A stretch of 64,000 nt of DNA from Candidatus Collierbacteria bacterium RIFOXYD2_FULL_45_13 (GTDB lineage Bacteria; Patescibacteriota; Microgenomatia; UBA1400; MFAQ01). A program made the position numbers and the translations under genes. How positions within the stretch are numbered: position 1 is the first letter of the stretch; each line of letters begins with the position of its first letter. Below are positions 57,380-64,000 of the stretch, one piece after another. The stretch is from assembly GCA_001774685.1 (NCBI GenBank), contig MFAS01000001.1, positions 801,444 through 865,443 of the forward strand, given 5' to 3'. The notes beneath the pieces are model-generated. The model saw only the letters and a list, made by a program, of their open reading frames with translations, was not told where the DNA came from and made no database searches.

Positions 57380-57988
57380 TTACATCTCACCCCTGCCCTC
57401 AAGAGCCCTCGTCAGCGTCTGCCCGTCCGCATACTCGATATCGGCGCCAGTAGGCAAACCGCGCCCAATCCTGGTTACTTTCACCGTCTCTTTCAAACCC
57501 AGCTCCTTAATTCTCTCCATTATATACATCGCCGTCGCCTCCCCTTCCATATTTGGGTTGGTAGCCAAAATCAATTCCTTAATCTCGCCCGTCTTTAATC
57601 GTGCCATTAGCTGAGGGATGCGCAGGTCATTTGGGCCAATGCCCGCCAAAGGGTTTACCGAACCACCTAATACATGATAAACGCCTTTGTAGCCATCGGC
57701 ACGCTCGAAAGCCAATAGGTCTAGTGAAGTCTCCACCACACACACCAAACTCTTATCCCTACTTTCGTCCTCGCAGACAGGACAAAATTCCTCTTCACCG
57801 ACGTTAAAGCATAAGGCGCAAAGCTTAGTGTCCTTCTTTAGATTCTCCAAAGATTGGGCAAATTTGCTCAGCTTCTCCTGCGGAACATTCAGAAGATAAT
57901 AGGCGAGTCTGGCAGCCGACTTCGGCCCAATACCGGGCAACGCCTCAAACGCATCGATAACTTTTTGAACCGGACGGATACTACGCAT
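57380..57988 (-). CDS. recR: Recombination protein RecR
   Basis: HhH ALPGIGPKSAARLA, C4 zinc finger CALCFNVGEEEFCPVC, and a Toprim domain. Confidence 0.92.
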   Translation of the reverse strand: MRSIRPVQKVIDAFEALPGIGPKSAARLAYYLLNVPQEKLSKFAQSLENLKKDTKLCALCFNVGEEEFCPVCEDESRDKSLVCVVETSLDLLAFERADGYKGVYHVLGGSVNPLAGIGPNDLRIPQLMARLKTGEIKELILATNPNMEGEATAMYIMERIKELGLKETVKVTRIGRGLPTGADIEYADGQTLTRALEGRGEM

Positions 57989-57991
57989 TAT

Positions 57992-58285
57992 TTAAACCCC
58001 CTTTGGCAAGTTTCCCAGCACCTTAGAAAGATCTCCCATGGAGTCCTTCATCTCTTCCGCTGCGTACTTCTGAGCCTTGGTAATGGCCTCATTGATCACC
58101 TTAACTGCCGTATTCATGTTCTCACCACCAATATAAAGCTCTTTCAGCTTACCGTCACCAGTCACTACCGCCTTGACTCCACCCTCTTCAATCTCCGTTT
58201 TGTGACCGGCGATTTTCCTCTGAAGCAGAGCCAACTTTGCTAGCGCCGCGCCCTGTGAACCAAACTGTTTTATTCCGTTGAACAT
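57992..58285 (-). CDS. ybaB: Nucleoid-associated protein YbaB/EbfC
   Basis: MFNGIKQFGSQGAALAKLALLQRKIAGHKTEIEEGGVKAVVTGDGKLKELYIG. Confidence 0.85.
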   Translation of the reverse strand: MFNGIKQFGSQGAALAKLALLQRKIAGHKTEIEEGGVKAVVTGDGKLKELYIGGENMNTAVKVINEAITKAQKYAAEEMKDSMGDLSKVLGNLPKGV

Positions 58286-58354
58286 TTCTTTAAAATTAAC
58301 TTGTAACGGTTCAATTCTACCAGAAACCCGCTTCCAGGGTAGATACGCAAGGTT

Positions 58355-60154
58355 TTAAAACGTTTCCCCCATTTTGGTGTGATGGGAACCGGTTCTATCA
58401 ATTTTGTTTCTCCCAAACCCTTGCTGGGCACACCACTTTTTGTAATAATTCCCTATTGCCAGTAAGTCCCTTGCGTTCATGGCATCATAATCGCCTTCAT
58501 CGGACGCGGCTCTCATGACTGCCCACTTAGCTCCAGCACTTACTTTCACCTCACCTCGCTGAAAAGCCGATTTAAGAAGGTCCTTAGATTTGGTGTCCGT
58601 TAGGGCATACCAGACCCCCTTCACAAATGTGACCCCAGAAGGATCAGCGGTAAATGTTCTCAGACAAAGGGCTGCCTTCTTTCCGGTAAATTTTAACAAC
58701 ATGTTTTCGTCGACCAAAATTGCGTTCCCAGCCAGGATATCTTCCAACATCCTTCCCTCAGACGCACTACACAGATACCAGTCCCCTCTTAATGCCACCA
58801 AATGTTGATCTGTGTCCAAATGATATGCTTTGAGTGCTAGTTTTAACTCTCTCGGAAAGTTTTGGATCGGCATCAAAGAGGTAACTACGGCAAGCTCCAG
58901 CGCGAATCGGTCTCTGTTTTCCTCCCTGGCAATTGTTTCAAAAAGTTTCACTACTCTTGGGTCCAAAAGAACCTCTTTGGAACTAATCCGTAATCTACCA
59001 CGGGCTGTAAATAAATACTCAGTGTCCATCTCGTTTGTATCGTCGATGTCAAATATGGTTGCGAGCATTCCGTCTCTTTCTTCATCGTCTACATTTTCCA
59101 AGTAGTCAACCAGAGCATCCCTATCCGGTTTGTCCATTAGCTTGATCGCATCTTCCATTCTGGTACTACCTTGTTCAATTTCTTTTCTTTTATCGGCTTC
59201 TCTTTTATATCTGGCTGCCTCCTTTCTCATTTCCGGTGGCATTTGCTGCTTCATCTGTTCGTAAAATTCAGCATTTTCTGTCAAGCTATCCAGAACCACT
59301 GTCCACAAACTGCCTCTAGGATCCCTCGGATCCTCCAGTTCTTTTTTATGTTTATATATTGTATCCATCAACTCTCCCACCTTCCCACTATTCGCCCCCC
59401 CTTGCCCCACACGCTCATTTACGTCACAGAGTATCGAAACATATTTCCTAGTAAAGGGTGCACTCCACCCAGGGTCAATTTGAAAATCTCTCTTAATAAC
59501 TTCGAGAGCGGTATCAAGTTGAGAATGCTTCCTCAAAACTCTCCAACTTATAACCCTTTCGGTAAGGGATGTCGAACATGACATATCCGAAATCAAATCA
59601 ATCGAGAATCTAGCCAAATCCGGTCCTTTCTCAAAACCATTTTCTATATTAGCGCAAACCTTGCCCGCAAAATCTTGATCACCGGCACGAACCTCGGACA
59701 TCCTTAGCCTCATTGCTTCAAATACGGTTCTTACTGCTAGGTTATCCTGAGGGTTTTCACCATCAAATCTTCCGAGTTTCTCTTCAGACCGGGCAATGGA
59801 GTAAAGCATCGAAATCACATTGTCGGGAATGGCGGCCATTCTTTCAATCGGCGCTTGGGAAATATAAGCACCGAGGATCAAAGCTATCTCAGCCACCGGG
59901 GTATTTTCTTGTAGTGGGCGGACGATATCGGTGGAATAGTTATTAAAATCAACCCCCTTTTCTTTAGCCATTTGCTCACCAAGCTGTAACGCCATAGCGT
60001 ATTCATCGGCTCCACCCGCCATTCCATTTTTGAGTCTTTGTCTGGACAGTTCTACCCTAGCTCTGGCAGCCTCCAATTGAGCCAATTTCCGTTGTTTCTC
60101 CCCCTCTGATTCCAGGTCGATTCCCAATACACGTCTAAAAAAGCTCTCGATCAT
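58355..60154 (-). CDS. Large hypothetical protein (599 aa) of unknown function
   Basis: A long intact ORF with no motif I can recognise. It shares an ATGA start/stop overlap with the upstream 89-aa ORF and sits between dnaX and ybaB. Confidence 0.5.
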   Translation of the reverse strand: MIESFFRRVLGIDLESEGEKQRKLAQLEAARARVELSRQRLKNGMAGGADEYAMALQLGEQMAKEKGVDFNNYSTDIVRPLQENTPVAEIALILGAYISQAPIERMAAIPDNVISMLYSIARSEEKLGRFDGENPQDNLAVRTVFEAMRLRMSEVRAGDQDFAGKVCANIENGFEKGPDLARFSIDLISDMSCSTSLTERVISWRVLRKHSQLDTALEVIKRDFQIDPGWSAPFTRKYVSILCDVNERVGQGGANSGKVGELMDTIYKHKKELEDPRDPRGSLWTVVLDSLTENAEFYEQMKQQMPPEMRKEAARYKREADKRKEIEQGSTRMEDAIKLMDKPDRDALVDYLENVDDEERDGMLATIFDIDDTNEMDTEYLFTARGRLRISSKEVLLDPRVVKLFETIAREENRDRFALELAVVTSLMPIQNFPRELKLALKAYHLDTDQHLVALRGDWYLCSASEGRMLEDILAGNAILVDENMLLKFTGKKAALCLRTFTADPSGVTFVKGVWYALTDTKSKDLLKSAFQRGEVKVSAGAKWAVMRAASDEGDYDAMNARDLLAIGNYYKKWCAQQGFGRNKIDRTGSHHTKMGETF

Positions 60155-60420
60155 GCTGATTTGTATTTACTAATTTCTATTTCTGCCAAAGGTAGATATA
60201 GTTCTTCAAACTTTGATATCATCTCATTTAACCGTCTCTCAAGCAGATCGTTTGAATAGTTGCCGTCAAAACGGCTATCCAAAAACTCTAAGATCTCCCT
60301 CTCCCTCTCGGATGTCAAGTTGTTACTCCCCTTTAGTTCTTCAACAGTATGTCTGACAATCCGGACGACTTCGTCCTTCAATGAATGTGGTTCCATATGG
60401 GGTATTTTACCACTCGTCAA
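60151..60420 (-). CDS. Hypothetical small protein (89 aa)
   Basis: The ORF is translationally coupled on both sides: a 4-nt overlap with dnaX upstream and with the 599-aa ORF downstream. Confidence 0.4.
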   Translation of the reverse strand: MTSGKIPHMEPHSLKDEVVRIVRHTVEELKGSNNLTSEREREILEFLDSRFDGNYSNDLLERRLNEMISKFEELYLPLAEIEISKYKSA

Positions 60421-61970
60421 ATCCCGTTTTTGCTCCCAAAAATCTTCTCTGCTGCCGACATCACCCCACTCCCCGCCGAAACCATCTCATCTTTAGGAGC
60501 GGTCAAGTTCTCATCCTCTTGGATGGCATCAGTCCTCACCACTTTATCTATCAAGACACACTTAAAAGTCATCGGCCCCCAGACTTTGGACATTTGCTCC
60601 TCTATCAACTTTCTCTTTACATCTCTCTCCAGCATATCTTGTTGAAATCTTGAGGTTACGGAAATGGTGAGTGACTTACCTTGGACGTCCACAGGCGAAA
60701 CCAACCGAAGCATCCCGGCGAGCGACCCATTACTCTCTGCCATGGAGCTTAAAAAATCCCCCCATCCGGTTTTGACGCTTTCGATATTCACCAAAACGGC
60801 TTGGTTATTTTGCGCACTTCCGGTGCTCGAATCAGTCTCTTCTCGCCTCTTTATCAAGGTTTCCGAACTTGACCTAACTATCGAATCTTTAGGTAGTAAC
60901 TTTTCCTGGGCAGGCGTCTCCACTTTTGGGCGGGTTATTCCTCCCTTCTCGCCCAAAGCGACCGACAAAAGGGCTATCTCTATCGGCAAGAGAGGAAGAG
61001 GTGAAATCTTGATCCGGTCGGCTGCTGTTATCAAACCATCAATAATTTCTAGATACAGTCCTGCGCTTTCGCCGGATCGTATCTTATTTTCCATTAATGC
61101 TTTTGCTTCTTCTAGTAGCGAGGAAACTAATATTGTTGCTTTTACGCCAGTCTTCTCCATACTCGCGAACGTGTCCGTAATCTCCTCTGTGTTTGCATTA
61201 GACACTGAGACTAACAGCTTCTTCACGGAATGTCTGCCCACCACACCCAACACTTTCGTCAGTGTATCCTCATTAATTTTCTTATCGTACGAAGACAGCT
61301 GCTCCAGTATCTTGTGGCCTTCACGGAAACTGCCGTCAGTTGCCTCGGCAATTTGCCGAAGAACTTCACCTGCGATATTCAATTTTTCCCCTTTCACTGC
61401 CTTAAGGAGAGACTCGACTACTTCATCCACCGTAGCTTTTGTGAAATTTACTCTTGCGCAACGGCTTGAAATGGTTTCTGGAACCTTCTGAGACTCAGTA
61501 GTACACAGGATAAATAAAGCGTGCGTCGGAGGTTCCTCGAGTGTTTTGAGCAGTGCGTTAAAACCGGCCGTGGACACCATATGAACCTCATCAATGATAT
61601 AGATTTTCTTTTGTAATTGGACCGGCGACAGCCTAACTTTCTCCCGGAGATCACGGATATCATCCACCAGTCCGTTACTGGCAGCGTCAATCTCAATTAC
61701 GTCAACACTACTACCTCCACCAATTACCCGACAGGCCTCGCACTCTCCACAAGGCTCGGAAAAATCTTCCGTTTTGTTCTGATTCTTCTCGCAATTAACT
61801 ATCTGAGCCAAAATCCTGGCGGTACTGGTTTTACCAGAACCTCTAGGGCCTACAAACAAGTAAGCGTGGGAGATTTTCCCGGAAGCCAATGTCGAAAGTA
61901 ATACATCGCGAACCGACGCCAAGTCTAATTCGGCAATTTTTTTGGGTCTGTATGTCTGGTAAAAACTCAC
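60417..61970 (-). CDS. dnaX: DNA polymerase III subunit gamma/tau
   Basis: MSFYQTYRPKKIAEL...HAYLFVGPRGSGKTSTARILA (Walker A), a CxxC zinc module, and the sensor motifs. Confidence 0.92.
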   Translation of the reverse strand: MSFYQTYRPKKIAELDLASVRDVLLSTLASGKISHAYLFVGPRGSGKTSTARILAQIVNCEKNQNKTEDFSEPCGECEACRVIGGGSSVDVIEIDAASNGLVDDIRDLREKVRLSPVQLQKKIYIIDEVHMVSTAGFNALLKTLEEPPTHALFILCTTESQKVPETISSRCARVNFTKATVDEVVESLLKAVKGEKLNIAGEVLRQIAEATDGSFREGHKILEQLSSYDKKINEDTLTKVLGVVGRHSVKKLLVSVSNANTEEITDTFASMEKTGVKATILVSSLLEEAKALMENKIRSGESAGLYLEIIDGLITAADRIKISPLPLLPIEIALLSVALGEKGGITRPKVETPAQEKLLPKDSIVRSSSETLIKRREETDSSTGSAQNNQAVLVNIESVKTGWGDFLSSMAESNGSLAGMLRLVSPVDVQGKSLTISVTSRFQQDMLERDVKRKLIEEQMSKVWGPMTFKCVLIDKVVRTDAIQEDENLTAPKDEMVSAGSGVMSAAEKIFGSKNGI

Positions 61971-62120
61971 ACTAACACCTTATGGCTTTTCACAGGCTAT
62001 GTCAACTGGAAAAAACTTGCTCATTCCTCTGTCTTTGACCGCTGTAGCCAGTTTTTCCGAAATTATCATGCCTAAATAACTTTTCACGCTACCAACATAT
62101 AAGTCTACCGAAGAAAAGGC

Positions 62121-62149
62121 ATAAAAAATCCCCCGTTAACAGCGGGGGA
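62121..62149 (-). terminator. Rho-independent terminator for the gene at 62155-62493
   Basis: On the minus strand: TCCCCCG-CTGTTAA-CGGGGGA followed by TTTTTTAT. Confidence 0.5.
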
Positions 62150-62154
62150 AATAT

Positions 62155-62493
62155 CTATGATTCCACAATTACACGAAATATCGTTTTTTCTGCACCCAAA
62201 TCACGCTCAATGACCACCATACCGTCATCGAGATAGGTAATTGTAACTTTCTCTTTGTTCAGATCCCAAGTAATGTTACGGATCGGCTTCAGGGGAATTA
62301 CCAGACGACCATTATCGAAGGTGAAACCTGATAGCAGCTTAACCACCGCAGGAATAGCCTTGGGTTCAGCGCTCAAGCCCTTGCCCCGGAAAAAGGACAC
62401 GACCCTCAGAGGCTTGTCGAAAAGCTCTTCCACCAACTCCGTCGCCACCGCTTCACAGTTATCCATCGTGACAATTATTTTTCTCATAAACAC
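62155..62493 (-). CDS. Hypothetical protein, member 1 of a tandem paralog pair
   Basis: IIVTMDNCEAVATELVEEL...VIPLKPIRNITW aligns with VILVTDDNCISVAREIVARL...TIPISPKRKIQW of the next ORF. Confidence 0.4.
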   Translation of the reverse strand: MFMRKIIVTMDNCEAVATELVEELFDKPLRVVSFFRGKGLSAEPKAIPAVVKLLSGFTFDNGRLVIPLKPIRNITWDLNKEKVTITYLDDGMVVIERDLGAEKTIFRVIVES

Positions 62494-62502
62494 TCCTTCT
62501 TC

Positions 62503-62889
62503 TCACACTATATCAACACTTATTATCATCGAATAGAAAATGGCGTTTAGAAAAGACTTTTCGATCGTGATTCTGCCGTCTTCATGAAAAGTTACAAACA
62601 CTCTCTCGGTAATCATATTCCACTGGATTTTTCGTTTTGGGGAGATCGGAATAGTCAAATTACCCGACTCAAAGTGATATCCAAGCTGGGGATCAAAACC
62701 AGGAATAGGACCATCGTCGTAGAGCCTCAAACCAGAGATCTTTTTAAACTTCGGTCTTGGTTTAATGTTTGTTTCAACACTTTGAATCGAAAAGGTCTTT
62801 TTTTGTAGTCTAGCAACTATCTCTCTTGCCACACTGATACAGTTATCGTCGGTAACCAGGATTACCTCATCCATCTTATTCACCTCCAC
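62503..62889 (-). CDS. Hypothetical protein, member 2 of a tandem paralog pair
   Basis: See the previous feature. The two ORFs are 9 bp apart. Confidence 0.4.
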   Translation of the reverse strand: MEVNKMDEVILVTDDNCISVAREIVARLQKKTFSIQSVETNIKPRPKFKKISGLRLYDDGPIPGFDPQLGYHFESGNLTIPISPKRKIQWNMITERVFVTFHEDGRITIEKSFLNAIFYSMIISVDIV

Positions 62890-62938
62890 AATGTTTTAAG
62901 GAACAGAGAACACCCATATTCTACCAACAATTAACCTG

Positions 62939-63325
62939 TTAGTCGTGATGAATTCCCAATAGATGAAGCAGACCGTGACATGCCAGGAACTCGATCTCTT
63001 CATCCACTAGACGGTTCCACTGCATGGCTTGTCTCTTTGCTTGAGGATAACAGACCACTATATCACCCAAATTCAGGCCGTCAAAATCGGCCGGCATCTC
63101 TTCTCCTTCTTGTAATGGAAAAGACAAAACGTCAGTTACTTCGTCCAGATTAAAATATTTTTGCTCCAACTCTCTTATCTTCCTTTCCCCCACTACACTA
63201 AAAGAAATCATGACCTTACCATCTAACCCCTGTTCCATCAAAACCTTACTCAAAGCGGCCTTGACTCTTTTCCGGTCAAAGCTATACCGGCTATCTGCGC
63301 TAATACTCAAATCCAGTTTTAACAT
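62939..63325 (-). CDS. ybeY: rRNA maturation endoribonuclease YbeY
   Basis: LACHGLLHLLGIHHD is the H-x-x-x-H-x-x-x-x-x-H zinc motif of YbeY. Length 128 aa. Confidence 0.85.
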   Translation of the reverse strand: MLKLDLSISADSRYSFDRKRVKAALSKVLMEQGLDGKVMISFSVVGERKIRELEQKYFNLDEVTDVLSFPLQEGEEMPADFDGLNLGDIVVCYPQAKRQAMQWNRLVDEEIEFLACHGLLHLLGIHHD

Positions 63326-63371
63326 ACTGCTATTCTACTTCATTGCCAGCAAACCACAAAAAACGGCCTCG

Positions 63372-63812
63372 TTAGAGGCCGTCATCGAGAATCAAAAATC
63401 TCTGAATCTCACTCTCCACTCCTTCAACCGGAACCAGCACTGTCTCATAAATCAAGACAAATTGGTGTCCTATTTCCGGAGATGGCCAACTTGGGATCAT
63501 ACATTGTGCTCTGACCGTCAAGGTTGGTTGAGCCAAATTGTAAAAAGTGGCTACATCATAGTAGAAGCCATTTGAATAAAGAGCACTCTCCTCAATCGAC
63601 ATCACGACCCAAATGTTCCCTGGCATGGCCGTCGGGACTAAGGTTGCCGTCATAACCGGCAAGGGAGTGGGGGTAGCAAGCATTACGGGTGTGGAAACCG
63701 CAAACGCCGGCTCTCCGGCCCGATTCTGGTTGCGCCAACTAAAATACAAAACTCCCAGCACGATCAATAAGACAAGAGATCCCACACCAATCCATACCCA
63801 TTTTTTATCCAT
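63372..63812 (-). CDS. Membrane-anchored hypothetical protein (start trimmed to MDKKWVWIG)
   Basis: An N-terminal transmembrane segment and a Pro/Thr-rich linker (ATPTPLPVMTATLVPTAMP). Confidence 0.35.
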   Translation of the reverse strand: MDKKWVWIGVGSLVLLIVLGVLYFSWRNQNRAGEPAFAVSTPVMLATPTPLPVMTATLVPTAMPGNIWVVMSIEESALYSNGFYYDVATFYNLAQPTLTVRAQCMIPSWPSPEIGHQFVLIYETVLVPVEGVESEIQRFLILDDGL

Positions 63813-63871
63813 CTCAACCTCCAAGGAAAATTATCTATAAACGTCCGACAATAGATACATTATAGAGGTAA

Positions 63872-64000
63872 TTATGAGAACTTTTCGCTGACCACTTTCT
63901 GAACCACCGAACCATCGGCTTTACCCCTCAGTTTCCCCATGACGGCTCCCATCAATTTTCCACCCGTTAAACCAGTCTCATTGGAAATCTTACTCACTTC
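63872..64000 (-). CDS. GatB/YqeY-domain protein, 3' end only (the gene begins beyond the window end)
   Basis: Reverse translation gives ...EVSKISNETGLTGGKLMGAVMGKLRGKADGSVVQKVVSEKFS*, the typical YqeY C-terminus. Confidence 0.55.
   Translation of the reverse strand, partial: EVSKISNETGLTGGKLMGAVMGKLRGKADGSVVQKVVSEKFS

Noticed and set aside
61971-62120. Possible SRP RNA (ffs) upstream of dnaX, a common location.
   Set aside because: I could not find the conserved domain IV GGAA tetraloop / AGCAGCC core by eye on either strand. A covariance-model search would be needed.

Overview
This window looks like a gene-dense, moderately AT-rich bacterial chromosome segment with a reduced-genome, candidate-phyla-radiation-like profile. 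It has many small membrane and hypothetical proteins and uses the standard genetic code: TGA is seen as a stop after the NUDIX gene and the 9044 ORF.

Clearly recognisable core genes:
- Replication and DNA metabolism: gyrB, gyrA, dnaB, dnaX, ybaB, recR, ssb, a delta'-like polymerase subunit and a XerC/D-type recombinase.
- Translation: rpsF-ssb-rpsR, rpmE-prfA, cysS, ychF, efp, ybeY and rluD.
- Metabolism and envelope: ppaC, pyrG, sodA, nadC-nadA, ctpA, and an lspA/lgt-like lipoprotein cluster.
- One tRNA-Leu(CAA) lies at about 26.9 kb.

The window starts inside a PilB/GspE-type pilus ATPase gene and ends inside a GatB/YqeY-domain gene, both on the minus strand.

The main unexplained or accessory content is:
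- A block at about 10.8-17.8 kb. It holds a tandem-duplicated Flp-type prepilin ORF, a Fic-domain protein next to an HhH-GPD glycosylase-like gene, and a 1-kb non-coding AT-rich gap with iteron-like direct repeats.
- A 19-nt duplicate of the tRNA-Leu 3' end about 120 bp downstream of the tRNA.
- A membrane-protease cluster at 35.4-39.7 kb: one CPBP-type protease plus two tandem HtpX/M48-like paralogs that share an identical 32-nt terminator/promoter module and use non-ATG starts.
- A PAS-sensor gene broken by a frameshift at an A7 homopolymer.
- Two unknown, translationally coupled genes (89 aa and 599 aa) inserted into the otherwise conserved dnaX-ybaB-recR operon.
- Tandem small-membrane-protein paralogs followed by a 22-aa hydrophobic micro-ORF.

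No CRISPR array, reverse transcriptase or rRNA was seen.
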